Part shown: piece by piece, positions 13,358-26,939 of the stretch
How the letters are laid out: each line of letters opens with the position of its first letter
Numbering within the stretch: position 1 is the stretch's first letter
DNA from: Stegostoma tigrinum
Lineage: Eukaryota
Length of the DNA stretch: 64,000 nt
Assembly (NCBI RefSeq): GCF_030684315.1
Contig: NC_081369.1
Span: 9,400,035-9,464,034, forward strand
Direction of reading: 5' to 3'
Translations under genes and position numbers: made by a program
The notes under the pieces: model-generated
The model's input: only the letters and a program-made list of their open reading frames with translations
The model's database searches: none
What the model was told of the DNA's origin: nothing

Positions 13358-14024
13358 ATTCAAGCTATGCATTGACTGGATTTTCTGTTTTATAATATTC
13401 CACTTAAAAATATTATGTTTATAGTATCTCCACTGCAACATTATTTTAATTTGATATTCTGTATCAATTATCTTTCATGGGGAAGGTTGATTCCCTTATA
13501 ATTTTTTGACTAATTTACTTTTCCATGTTATATCACAGTTAATTAGAAAGAGACTTGGGTACACAATCCACAATGAAATGCCAATGTGAGCAATTGGTTC
13601 AATGCTCAAAATGCCAAAATTCTGTAGTGCATTATAAAGAAAGTCCATCTACTCTGTAAGATGTACTTAAAAGACCCCAGAACAAAATTTTAAGAAGAGC
13701 AGAGATGCTATTCTTAGCGCTCCAATTGATATCTATCAATAGAAATGATGAAAATAGATAAATCACCATCATCTTATTTCTGGTTCAAAAGCAATTCTGT
13801 CGGCAAGTTGACTGTTTGTACTCTTACAATGTTGACTGTGTTTCCAAAATTATTTCATAGGATGTGGAGTACTTTCGGATAAACGCATCCATTCATTATT
13901 TTGACAATGCTAGCACTGCATCTTGATCAACACAGTCAAATACCATTCCAGGTTTTAAAACTGTTGGCATGTTAAATGTGTTCCCTGGATACTCTGTTCA
14001 TATTAATTTTTGTTTTCCTTCCAG

Positions 14025-14320
14025 CTCCCAAATATGATATTCCAAAGACGCAATGCATTTGAAGATCTGCAGCAATAACAGTGAATCTGAAATGCAAAGT
14101 GAAAGGTTGAAATCAAAGCAGTACTCTAGTGCGAGCCGTGAGCTCAGACAAAACATCAAATGTTAACCAACCTGCATCAAAATGTAAGAATCAGTGTAAG
14201 AATAGGAGGGAACTTGTGCATCCCAGATGGTTGAAGAAGAAATCTGAAGTGTATTCCATAACAGCCATAGGTTCTCTTTGCAGAACACCTACATTGTTTT
14301 GAGCAGCATAGTTCATAAGT
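14025..14320 (+). pseudogene. Possible decayed Ig C-type exon
   Basis: Strong acceptor ttttccttccag; AP...TVNLKCKVKG* and a later NTYIVLSSI fragment; several stops. Confidence 0.3.
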
Positions 14321-14839
14321 GTGTTCATAAAATAATTCCAGGGAGCAGCAATATCATAAAATCACTGTATTTCATCATATTTGCTTACTCATACAAAACA
14401 TTATTTTTGTGAATGAAAATCTCTGAATTGACAATACTCTTACCTCTGATCAGTTTTGGTAGTTAGGCCAATGTTTTCAATTGGATTTTCACATTTTCCT
14501 GTAATCATTGTGGGTTTATTAATTGTTAAAGGAAGCCCATACATAGGAAAGTACCATGAGCACAAATCAAATTTATTTCCTGTTGGGTAATTGGGAAATT
14601 GTATGATAATTTAAAATGGCTGATAGGGAATTGACAGCCGATTATCCATGTCTGAATTTGTATTTACCAAGGCTATGTAGAATATGCACAGCAAGAGCTC
14701 CTTCAATTATTGATACAGGAATAGAAAGTCACTGAAATGTACATTTTTCCTTTAGAGAATGTGAATTGGGAGTTAAAAAAATGGATAAATGGTGGTCCAA
14801 TTCAACAAATATTTTGCTTCTAATTTCGTTATTGAGAAT

Positions 14840-16025
14840 ATACAACCATTGCAGAAATAGCTGCTAATTAGAAGGCCGAGAGGAAAAGAGGAAATTTGTG
14901 AAATTATAATCATGACAGAAGCTGTGCTGAGAAAGCTATTGGATTTATAGGTTGAACTTCATCCTGTGGTCATAAAAGAGGCACCTAATGATGAAGTTGA
15001 TTAAAGTACTCAAGATTCTGGGAAGATTCCATCAGACTGGAAAGTCAAAAATGAATTGTCAACAGATTTTCATACTTTAAATGTGTGGGCAAAAATCTGA
15101 CATAGATCATAGAATTCCTACTGTGTAGAAATAGTTCCTTCTGACCAACAATTCCACACCACCCCTCAGAGCATCGGATCCAGACCCACCCCACTTAATC
15201 TATACATCCCTGAAAACTACGGGCAGTTTAGCACGGCCAATCCACCTACCCTGCACATCTTTGGACTGTGGGAGAAAACCGAGGAAACCCATGCAGACTA
15301 GGGGAGAATATACAAACTCCATACAGATAGTTGCCCAAGAACTTCTACTCCCTGATCAGGAAAATGTGAAGTTGTTCATTTTGGGACAATAAAAATGTGT
15401 ATTATAAATACAGAAATAATGGAGAAATCTACAGCGGGGAGGGGTCCAGGTGCTCTGATTCACAAATCAAAAATGGTAATGCAAAGATACAGCAAGTATT
15501 CAAGACCAATGGAATGGCATCCTTCACTATGAGAAAAAAAGTTAACATTAAAGTAAGCATGTTATGCATCGGTTACTTAGGGCATTTATAAGACCACATT
15601 TCAAATGCAATGTGTAATTTTTGTCTCTTTATTTAAGGGTGCAAGCATGTAAGTACATTGGAGATGGTTCTGAGGAGATTTAACATATTGACAACTTTCA
15701 ACGCCGATTGTCCTTTGGGGATATATCGGACAGGCTGGGCTTGTTTCCTCCAGGGTTTAAAAGAGCGAATGTCACTTTATTAAAGCTAATTCGTTTTTTC
15801 CTGGGATGGGGTTGTGTAACTCTGGTAATCTCTGTCTTAGAAATTAGTCACCAGTGTCATTGCATATATTTTTAAGTGGAGTTAGGTAGATTCTTGTCAG
15901 ACAAAGAAATCAAATGCAATCGAGAGGAGATAGGAATATGGAATTTAAAGCAAGCAAACCAGCCATTAACTTATTGAGAGGTGAAACACATTTGAGGAAC
16001 TGATTGGGCTTCTGCTACAATTTCA
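14840..16025 (+). mobile_element. Highly decayed CR1 with nested SINE
   Basis: Remnants of DWKxAN, KCEVVHFG and the 3' UTR. Confidence 0.6.
15105..15340 (-). mobile_element. HE1-type SINE, partial, inserted in an old CR1
   Basis: Core cacatctttggactgtgggag...gagaat...caaactcca shared with the 49.5 kb copy. Confidence 0.8.
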
Positions 16026-18321
16026 TACAAGTGTACATTCTTATTTTCATACAACATTTGGAACATCATGAGCTCTTTCGTATCCAGTGCGCAGAATTCA
16101 GCTGATTATTCAGCTACTTTACATTGTGCATCATTTCATGCCCCAGTCATTTACACTTTGTAGAATTTCATTTTCTTTTTATGTTCAATTGATTAATTTG
16201 TACGCAGACTTATAATATCCATGCACATCACTGCCTAGAATCTTCTACCCTTTATTTTCAGTATGCCCGATCTAATGCTCAATATTTTTAACACATTCAA
16301 CTATGAATTTCTGTGTCCTCACCAAATTCACACATTCTATTGCATTCAAAAGCTGAATGATGCAACTACTTACATTGCTGTGATAAAAATCATATTATGT
16401 GATTATGTTAACTTAATATTCAAGCCTAATTAAAATAATTTTTTAACAACATGTTGACCTTAACAAAGAGTTCAACAAACAGACCACATGGAATTATTTC
16501 AGCAGAATAATTAGAAAGGAGATGACAAAAGATTGTTTTCACCCCGAGGCCGGTAAGAATCTTAATATCACTGCTAGTAAGTGTGGTTGAGACCAGCAAC
16601 TTACACACTTGAAAAGTCTTTGGATGTCTGTTTTAACACCTATAACCTGCAAGGCAAGTGAACACATGCAGGAAGGTGTGATAATGCTAAGGAGCTTCTC
16701 GTTGACTGGCACAGACAAGATATGCACTGATGTTTATCAGTTGCTTGAGTCGTGTCTTATGACAATACTGCCTGGTTCTTGCCTCCAAACATTAGAACTC
16801 ACGTTCTCTGGCCATTTACTGTTAATTCATTCTTAACATGACTCCTGAGGGCCTGGTGCCTTGTAACATAATAATGCTAGCCTCCTGCCTATCCCCGTCA
16901 CTACTGACCCCAGCAATGCAGTTTTCAACTTGGAATCCTACCTCCTTTTCAATCATTTCATCTCCTCTGATGTTATTCAGTGAAACCACTGTGAAAGAGT
17001 GGAGAGCTGACTGTACCGCATGAGTTTAGCATGATTCAGTTCAGCTTCAGGCTGAATGCAGACAAAACAAACAGTCTTGGGAAAATCATTCAGCTTCATG
17101 CTATAGTCATGCTAATAAAGGTCTCTGGTGGAATGGGTTTGGGTAAGTCATGAGGCCTGTACCCGAGCCTTGGGGAAGCAAATTGTTCAGCCATAAAAAA
17201 AAACTCAACATTTGGAAATTTGCAGATCAAGGTGTCAAAATCTTAAATACAGCTGACTACATTTTAAAAAAGCAGGTTCTAAACTAGATATTACTGTATA
17301 TTATAATGCTAGTGAATCAATTCCCTTCAGCATACATACTGAAGCCATTTGTAATGATGAGGCTAAGAACTTAATTCATTCACAAAACATATTGTCTTCC
17401 CATATCATAAGGAACGTCAAGAGTAATTGAATCTCTCTTTGCTTCTCCACACAGAAAGGTGACATGTGGGGATAAGATATTACACGACTAAATTTACTTG
17501 AGTAGCATTGCTCTTGACTCAGTGTTGGCAATCAATATCATGTGACACATCAATAATGTGTGCTGTTATTGTCAATCTTGGCCTTGTTTCCTTTTAAGTG
17601 TTTTCATTGAATGGAAAATTTGTCGTTTGGTTACTTTTAGATATGTTGGCGCTGTAAATAAATGAAACCACCTGAAATAATTCAGTTATTGTGTGAAATT
17701 AGTAGCATGAGAGATTGTGCAATTCTAATGGTTTTCAAAATGTGTTGTGCAACTGAGCAATTGTAGGTCAGATATGAAGCTACTGCTTCCTGCCATTCTA
17801 CTCCAAAGACTGACTGATAAAAATCACGAAGGCATGTTTCTAACCTCGAAGGGTATGCAATAATACTTAGCTTATTGTTTTAATGGAGAAATTTGTCATG
17901 TCGTAGCTTAACTTAGGCCCAACATAATTAGGATCTTCTGCATCAAGATTACCAATCTAACTTGAATCATCAGCTGATACATTAGACACCATATAGGGTG
18001 CCCAATGAATGCTCCCAACCTTGTTGATCAGCTGCAAATTACTGTAATACTCGGTATATGTATTATCAGATGTGTTCATTTTTAGATTGAAGAACAAACA
18101 AAACACAATAGAGTACTGAATAGAGTACAATTTTCTGCAACTTAAATAAAAAAAACTCTCGATTCTGCAAATCATATGTTAGTTATTTTACGTGGAACGT
18201 GCCTTCACTTTCACAGAATTGGATTGCACTGTGACGATGCTGAAGTTCAGGCAAATTGAATAAGTAAGTAGACAAACAAATAAGTTAATAAGTAAATGTT
18301 ACAGCAAAATATCTGCAACTG

Positions 18322-18590
18322 GAGATAATAGGAACTGCAGATGCCGGAGAATCCGAGATAACAAGGTAAAGAAATGGATGAACACAGCAGGCCAAGCAGC
18401 ATCAGAGGAGCAGGAAGGCTGACATTTTGGGCCTCGACCCTTCATCAGAAAAGGGAGAGGGGAAGAGGTTTCTGAAATAAATAGGGAGAGAGGGGGAGGC
18501 GGATTGAAGATGGATATAGGAGAAGACAAGTGGACTTTGCCCCTGCAGTGGTCGAGAATGCCCTCGACCGTGTCTCCCGCATTTCCCTCA
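18322..18590 (-). mobile_element. Penelope-derived family A arm joined to an inverted Penelope ORF fragment
   Basis: Family A arm with a mutated hammerhead core, followed by cagtggtcgagaatgccctcgaccgtgtctcccgc, which matches the sequence near 56.1 kb. Confidence 0.8.
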
Positions 18591-19679
18591 ACATATATCG
18601 CTGGAAAACTCAGGGTATCATGGGCATTTGATTGGAGCCGTATATTAAGAGGGCAACTGAGTCCCACATGAAGGCCTGATTCAGAGTGGTCTCTCACCTC
18701 TTCCACATATATGGTAATAGAGCTTTGAATAAAGATCACTTATGCTGAGGAACATAGGCTGTAAGCCTCCTCTTTGGTACTTCTCCATGCAATAGTAGCC
18801 ATTGGGCAGTCTTCAGTATCTTCAATAATCTGGAAACCCAAACAGTAGCCGTCCATTCCACTTCAAGCAGATTGGATTAATTAATGGTGGGGCTTACTGC
18901 TGATTGAAAGGGGTGTGTTGAAAACTCCTTGACATCAATATATCAACAGCCTTCTTCATCCTGTTTGGAAATGTGTGTTATAATTAACAAAGGAAAAGCT
19001 TACATCTGTTGTTAAATTTCCCTTTTTGAAAACACCTTAATATCAGTTTTCTCAGATTTTAGAATCTAATTTTCTTCAAAGAAAATTGCATTTTCAAATT
19101 CTAATTTCTCGGCTACTTGCATACTTCCATACCAAAATACATTTAAGATGAGCAAATTTTTAACATCCGGAATTAGAGAGACACTTCATGTCTCGAACAT
19201 ATGTGGAAGTTCACTCTGGCCAGAAAATGAAATTTTAAACATAATAATTTAGAAATAGTTACCCATGAGTCCTTGCTTAAGCCAAACACAAGACATATTG
19301 TACACTAATTTGGGGAAAGAGAAAATAATTTATGCTCTTTCAATTAACTTTACTCCTTCAATTAACTTTAATCAACAATGGCCAAATACAAATTTTTACT
19401 TTTATAAAACTTTAACAAAAACATTTTAAATCAAATCATCATCGCAGATGTTTGCATTCAACATCTACTGGTAGATCCTTAAAAAGACAGTCCATTAATG
19501 GTACATGTTGCACACTGGCACAGGCACACAGCACACTTTCAAATCACTATATATTCTCAAAATTCAAAGTAAATTCAAAGTATTCACAGATCTTGACCCC
19601 CAGGAGACAAAACATACAAATTACACAAGACAACTTTTAACAACCAATAAATGAAAATGCATACAAATCATACCACAAA

Positions 19680-20246
19680 GAGCATAGAACATACATCGAA
19701 CATTACAGCACAGTACAGGCCCTTCGGCCCTCGATGTTGTGCCGACCTGTCATACCAATCTGAAGCCCATCTAACCTACACTATTCCATGTATGTCTGTA
19801 TGCTTATCCAATGATGACTTAAATGTACCCAAAGTTGGCGAATCTACTACCGTTGCAGGCAAAGCGTTCCATTCCCTTACTACTCTCTGAGTAAAGAAAC
19901 TACCTCTGACATCTGTCCTATATCTTTCACCCCTCAATTTAAAGCTATGCCCCCTCGTGCTTGCCGTCACCATCCTAGGAAGAAGGCTCTCCCTATCCAC
20001 TCTAGCTAACCCTCTGATTATTTTATATGTTTCAATTAAGTCACCTCTCAACCTTCTTCTCTCTAATGAAAACAGCCTCAAGTCCCTCAGCCTTTCCTTG
20101 TAAGACCTTCCCTCCATACCAGGCAACATCTTAGTGAATCTCCTCTGCACCCTTTCCAAAGCTTCCACATCCTTCTTAAAATGCGGTGACCAGAACTGTA
20201 CGCAATACTCCAAGTGCGGCCGCACCAGAGTTTTGTACAGCTGCAG
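19680..20246 (-). mobile_element. CR1 LINE 3' fragment, same subfamily as the 31 kb copy
   Basis: ORF LYKTLVRPHLEYCVQFWSP...DKHTDIHGIV is nearly identical to 32202-32810. Confidence 0.95.
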
Positions 20247-20877
20247 CAGTGGTAATGCTGGCACTCACATTCAACTCTGGACAAGAAAGAGTTATTACCT
20301 CTGTCAAACACGAACTCTGATCTCTCTCTCTCCCCTTCAAGATTTATAAATATTGAGAAAATCACAGTGCAGCTTCACATTCCAAGATAAAAGGGTGACT
20401 TTTGTTTTTATTTTCAGTGTTCTCTTTACCAGTGATCCCTCCTTTTTGTTTTGATACAAATGGGCCCTTTGGATCATTTGCTATCCCCAAGTTAAAATTA
20501 TGGGCTGCCCCATGGTAAATTAATAATGTATTAACATGGTACCTTTAACTCGTTTCATCTCTATATTTCTCGCTGTAGCTTGGGGTCTGGTCCTTGAATG
20601 CAATCATCCCTTGCAACCTTCTACAACTGTTTTTGCTTCAGTCAAAAGCGTTGTGGTTCCCTGTTACTATCCTCTTCATCAAGTAATTGATTTATCAGTC
20701 TCTGGGGCTTTGTCTTTGTGAACAGCTCCAGGGATCATTAACTAGCTAACACATGCCAGAAAATTTGGCAATGTTGGTCAGTTCCGACAGTCCAAAGCGA
20801 GTGGCATAGTTAATATCTTGATCTGTCCATCCTCTGCTCTGTCTTGTTACTACAGATGCCATCGGAGCGGATGGACA

Positions 20878-21515
20878 TGTGGCATGCTTTCCTTCAACGG
20901 ACGGGGTATTGAGTACAAGAGTTGGCAGGTCACGTTACAGTTGTATAAGACTTTGGTTCGGCCACGTTTAGAGTACTGTGTACAGTTCTGGTCGCCACAT
21001 TAGCAAAAGGATGTGGATGCTTTGGAGAGGGTGCAGAGGAGGTTCACCAGGATGTTGCCTGGTATGGAGGGTGCTAGCTATAAAGAGAGATTGAGTAGAT
21101 TATGATTATTTTCATTAGAAAGACAGAGATTGAGGAGAGACCTGATTGAGGTCTGCAAAATCATGAGGGGTATAGACAGAGTGGATAGCAAGAAGCTTTT
21201 TCCCAGCGTGGGGGACTCAATCACTAGGGGTCATGAGTTCAAAGTGAGGGGAGGAAAGTTTAAGGGAGATATGTGTGGAAAGTTCTTTATGCAGAGGGTG
21301 GTGGGTGCATGGAACGCGTTGCCAGCGGAAGTGGTAGACACAGGCACGTTAGTGTCTTTTAAGATATATCTGGACAGGTACATGGATGGGTGGGGAGCAA
21401 ATGGACACAGACCCTTAGAAAATAGATGACAGGCTTGACAGAGGATCTCGATTGGCTCAGGCTTGGAGGGCCGAAGGGTCTGTTCCTGTACTGTAATTTT
21501 CTTTGTTCTTTGTTG
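20878..21515 (+). mobile_element. CR1 LINE 3' fragment, second subfamily
   Basis: GIEYKS...RPRLEYCVQFWSPH; FFMQRVVGAWNALP; 3' tail. Confidence 0.93.
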
Positions 21516-21519
21516 GTCT

Positions 21520-23144
21520 TTGTTGATCTGGGTACTCCCCTTTTCTTTCAAAAGGGGCAGGCACTCCCTTTACTGTTTATCTTCTTTCGTGTACTGAGCA
21601 GAGTCACATGCTGAACTTTCTCAAACTACTTTTCCATCACAAGCTTTGCTCTACATTTCAGGTAAAAAAACCATACATTATTCTGTTCTAAGTAGCGAGC
21701 TGGCTTTGTCAATTTTCTATTTTGACATTTTCATGATCTCCAGTGTTACTTTTATTCTCCTTATCTGTTTAGTATGCTAGATTCGTAACAGTCTTCAAAT
21801 TATTGTTTTGCTTTTTCATTGCTTCTTCCCCCTCATGATCTTGTTTAAATACTTCCTCACTTTATTCCCCACCCTGTCTAATTTCTTGTGCCGTGTTTCA
21901 CACTCCTTCATGTCATTGAGATTATTTTCAGCTTTCTCTGTAAAACCCGTTTATCTCCCTTTGAAGGTCATCTGTCTTGGCTCGAATCTCCAGCCTTTCC
22001 CACTGGCTTTCTGCCAGGTCCTTCAACAGACTGCCTGACAGAGCATTCTGCAAGTTTTTATTTGTGACAATCTTCCAAAGGTTTCTCCCGTGGTTTTCCC
22101 TTCATCTCTGGCTCAATAAACAGACTCCCTGCATTTTGGCTACTTCCCAATTACACGCATTTGGAGGAAGTGCTCTAATGAAAATGCCCAAGTCCCCAGG
22201 ACTCCGGGGTCCCTTTTGCTTCATCACTCTGGATTAAGTCTGATTCGATTTGCCATTGACTCAATGGTCCTCAAATGGAATATTTCTGCCTGAGACAAGT
22301 CAAATTACTTAGCCTCAGATTTAAGTTCTCTCTGTGTTTTGCCAATCAGGCCCAACTTGAGTTCCTGCTGACTCAATGGTCCTTTAAGTCCACTGTCTCT
22401 TCCAGAGACAGTTGTTAGTGACAGTGGAATTTTGACTGTTTGTTGTAACTCCTTCTCCTTATTCATACCCCTTTGAAGCCCAAGTGAATGTTTCCATTTA
22501 GGAGTCGATCTGGATTTGTTGAATCAATGAAACTGCTTCTTCTAGACGGCCCTCACAGGGACGCCAATTCATGTTGCTGGGTCACTGCCCTCGAAAAAGT
22601 TACTGTCTTGGCATGAAGAGGACAAGTGCCAAGTTTGGATCAACTAACTGCTAACTTTATTAATTTAGTTAAGCAGGCATGCGATTCACGTGAAATAAAA
22701 CAGAAATTGCTAGAAAAGCTCAGCAGGTCTGGCAGCGTCTGGAAAGGTAAATAAAAAGAGTTAATGTTTCAGGTCCGGTGACCCTTCCTCAGGAGAGTTC
22801 GGAGGAAGTATCACCGGACTGGAAATGTTAACTTTGTCTTTTCCTTCTCAGATGCTGCCAGACCTGCTGAGCTTTTCCAGCAATTTCTGCTTTGTTTCCT
22901 GATTTACAGCATCCACAGCTCTTTCAGTTTTTATTATGCAATTCACATGGTTTGGTTAAGAAACTGTTAACAGCAGGCTTGCAATTCATGTAAGGCTAAA
23001 ATCCAAAAGCACATGCACTAATTTTCCAGTAACGTTGTGTGAATAGTCAATAAAAATAAAGGCTATTACCCAAGGATCACTGTCCAGGCCACTTCTCTCA
23101 AGTCTTCGGGCTATCTTTGTGTTTTCAGCATGGGGCTCACAACA
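21520..23144 (-). mobile_element. LTR element/ERV remnant: LTR 22572-23144, tRNA-Asn-like PBS 22549-22566, decayed internal region
   Basis: TGTTG...CAACA termini, AATAAA within the LTR on the minus strand, and PBS TGGCGTCCCTGTGAGGGC 5 nt downstream of the LTR. Confidence 0.6.
22693..22935. mobile_element. Palindromic Penelope-derived element, family B, nested in the LTR
   Basis: Arms gaaaagctcagcaggtctggcagc/gctgccagacctgctgagcttttc; 14-bp TSD ATGCGATTCACGTG / ATGCAATTCACATG differing by two CpG transitions. Confidence 0.85.
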
Positions 23145-23269
23145 TTGATTGCCAGAGTCTTCACTGACGACATGCCTAAATCATTCATTTTTATTCCTTT
23201 TCCTTATCATCTTAAACTGTAGTGTCTTCTCCATGTTGCTTCTTGGCTCATCTGATGAGGTAGTGTCTT

Positions 23270-26200
23270 TCCAACAGCTTCAGCTTGGGGGCCGTGGATG
23301 ACTCTGGTCGAGTTCAGCCAACATGTGGCGCGACCTTTGCTTCCAGAATCACCATGCTCCCCCTAATAATGCACCATCCTCTCCTAAAATCTATTCTGCC
23401 CGTGTCTAAAAACATTTCAGTTGTGGTTGTGACAGCCCGTTGGTTTCCCCCATCACTACTAGTTGTTTCAGCTTTTCCAGAATCTGGTCTTTCCACATCT
23501 GAAGCCTGAATCTTTCAGCTGCGAGAGAGTGTGTATAGAAAATTGAAATCATTTCAGATGCTTCCAGTGGCTGTACCACTAGTGGTGTAGCTGCCAGTAG
23601 GAGGCGGCGCAATTCACCCACATTTGTAAATTTGCCACCCAGTCAGTATTCCAATTTGAAATGATACACACTTATTATTAGACCCCACGACTGAATGTGG
23701 CCTGAAGCTATCAGCCTTGTCCTCTTTAATTGGACCTAGAAGGGGTTTGTGATTGGTTATTATTACAAATTTACATCCATGATGGTATTGATGGAATTTC
23801 CTGACTCCAGATATGACTGCCAAATCTCCCTTCTCTATCTGGGCATGTTTACACTCTGTATTAGCCAAAGTCCTGGAAGTATACGCTATTGGCCGTTCCT
23901 TTCCACTGGACCATCACTGAGCCAATAACACCCGGAGGCCATGCAGAGAGGCATCGTATGTACATCTCACTTGGAATTATAGTATGCCAACCCCTCAGCG
24001 AATGATAGCTATTTCTTCAGTTTTCTGAAAGATTTGACTTGGCCACGTGACCATTTCCAAGGCTGATGCTTTTCGGGAATTGATGCGAAGGTGCCAGGAT
24101 GGAAGCTAGGTTATGCGTGAACTTTCTGTAATAATTCGCTCGCACAAGGAAATACATAATTTCTTGTACAGCCATGGGGATAGACACATTCAATCATTCT
24201 CACATTATCTTCTGATTTCTGTAACCCTGTTTAGGCCACTTAGGGTGCCTGGAACACACAGTTTCACTTTCTAATGCATGGACACACCTGGCAAAAATGT
24301 CTAAGGAATATGTCCACCTTCCCTGAATGCTCCTGATTGGTCTTCCCCATTGTGACGTGACATTGACGTAAGTGTCAACTTAGACTGGCTATGCAGTATG
24401 TTCTGCATCATCCACAGAAATATTGCACAGGCTGATTGCACCTGAAATGGCAGTCTCGTATATTGGTCCAACTCTTATCTGTAATATTTGCAGCACACTT
24501 CTGGAAATCCTCAGCAAATTGCAACTGCAAGTATGCATGGCTTATGTCCAGGTTTGTGAATGGCAGTCCCCTACTATCTATATGTATAAATCCTCTGTTT
24601 GAGGGAATAGGCATTAAACGCTGCAAATATGTTTATTGTCTGTTTACGATCCCCATTAAGGTAAATTGATGCATTGGGTTTCAAAATTGATACAACCAAT
24701 GCTGCCTTTCTGCTAATTGGAGTGGTTTGATGGTTCATTTGCTTTTCAACCTTCTGCTTTCTGTCTCTACTTTTGCATGTAAGACCAACGGCTCCAGGCA
24801 GCCTTGCAGATTTGTGGAGTTTTTCCTGGTCAACATGCAAGGCTGCCTTGGCTCCTTTGATGGTCCCTAGTATTTCCTGAAAAACGTTCGGGTATTTGAT
24901 TAGGACTTCACACAGGCAGCAATACGTTGAACCAATCTAAGCGAACCTCTGTCAACCAATGTCGCCCCATCAAGCGTGGTCCCAAACTTTTTTCTACAAT
25001 CAGCTGAACCAGCTGCTTCTCATAAGGGACCAGAATTGAAATTGTTCTCTTAACCTGTAAAAATTTCCCAGTGTAGTGTTTCAGTGTAGCCGAGGTCTTG
25101 TGGAAACGTAAATATTGGAGACCAGAGCAAATTTTGTTCATGTTGGGTTCTGCAATCACTGAAACAGGCACACTATTATCAACCCCCATTATAATTGGAT
25201 GATTATTTCAACAGATGTTTATTTTGACTGCTTTCGTTTGCATGTTACTCAGCAATTTAACTGTCCCAAACCAGATGTAGGTTGACTTTCAAGGTTACGC
25301 ACTCTCCTGGATATAGGTGTATGAGTTGCCTTACTCAATTTAGGTCCAGTAGGACTGCTTCTCTGTCTCGGGTCTGTATGGCAACAGCAAATTCAATGGC
25401 TTGCTGACCCAAAACCTGAGGAAATTTTAAAATTTTGACCAAGGTTTGGCTTTGATTTGGGGTTTTGCTGTTGGCTGACCTAATGTTCCTCTATTCAGGA
25501 TATGTCTTGGCTGTGGTTATCCAACTGCCTTGACTTAAATATTCTTCCCCAAGCTCAGTCAGACTGGCTAGAGTCTCCAATTCCATTGAAATACCTTGCA
25601 ACACACTTTCTGCATTTTTCAATGAGAAAGCCTGTTGTAGTTTCTCTTTGACGTCCAGTTAGGCTTCAGTCTCCAGATGCTTTTGAATGGTGGCTTCATT
25701 AAACCCACATACAAACCAGTCTCTCGGTGGCTCATGGCTAAATAAACAAGAGCCACATGCCTCTTCAACCCGTCTTAACCTCGTCAAAAATCCTGAAATA
25801 GAATCTCCTTATTTTCGAATTGCTGAATAAAAGCCATCGAATTAGAGGAAGCTTTGTTTTTTAATATTATTTACCTAAATTGGTAAACTCTTTAAATGTT
25901 TTAAGATCTAGTGTCTCAGGGAAAATTAGGCACCTGATAACTGAAAAAATCTGAGGATCCTCAAGCTGTCAGAAGAATTACTCATTACATTCCATGTCTG
26001 AGAAAATAAAACCATTCTTTCTAAATATTTGCTGCAGGTTTCAACAGCAGGGTCAAATGACTCATGCTTCACAAATGATGGCCTGATGCCTGAAATTCTT
26101 CTCCCAACTCAAAAACATTGCATTCAAATTTCTTCAGGATTGTGTTTTACTATCATCACCTCAGAAATAACCCACAGAGGCTAGTATCCCATCACGAGAT

Positions 26201-26395
26201 CACCCTTTATTTACACTTGGAAAGTCTTTGACACTGATTGACTCTCCCAACGCTAGCCTTCAGAGTAAACAGAACCTCTGATACTCCTGTTTATACCTGT
26301 CAGCCAGGGTTCCCTGATCAGTATGATTATCGGCCCCAGTGAGGGAACTCATTTTTTATGTTGTCCACTTGGACGACCTTTTTACAATCAGTACA
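23270..26395 (-). mobile_element. Decayed Gypsy/Ty3 LTR retrotransposon (5' LTR about 26164-26395, gag-PR-RT-RNaseH remnants)
   Basis: Protease region (VSVI...YTG...GPRLMGRHWL), RT LDISHAYLQL, RNaseH KFVIITNHKPLLG. The LTR starts TGTA on the minus strand. No 3' LTR seen. Confidence 0.9.
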
Positions 26396-26939
26396 GCTGT
26401 CATTTACCAAGAAAAGGAAACAGGTGAAATTTCAAATTGTGTATTTTGTATTGTACTTCAGAGGCCTTCCAACTTGTTCATCTGTATTCAGAGATAATGG
26501 GAACTTTGTTTGGAAATGTTTATCTTAGGGTAAGAATGGAAATAATCAGGTGCTACTCACCTTCGGCAGATTTTTGAATTTGCCTTTTTGCCAGTGGGTA
26601 TGCTTATGGGATTTTACTATATTAGAACATTGAATTAGTAATGGTTACTCTATTTATTTCCGTTGAAGTTTCCTTCTTGCAACACAGCAGAAACAATATG
26701 CATGCCATTTTCCTTTGTTTGGGCCCGTTTCCCCAAATATATTGAGAAAAATACAGTTTCATCGATTTAATACAGGTATTTTGAACCGTTTGGAGCTGAA
26801 GACAAAATGTGTTCTGTCAAATGAAATAAAATAAACCCTATTCACACAGAACATTACAACCACATACACAGTGGAGAAAAAAGTGTATCAAGGAACAACA
26901 CAGAGGGATTTCAATTTCATTACAAATAAATCACAAAAA

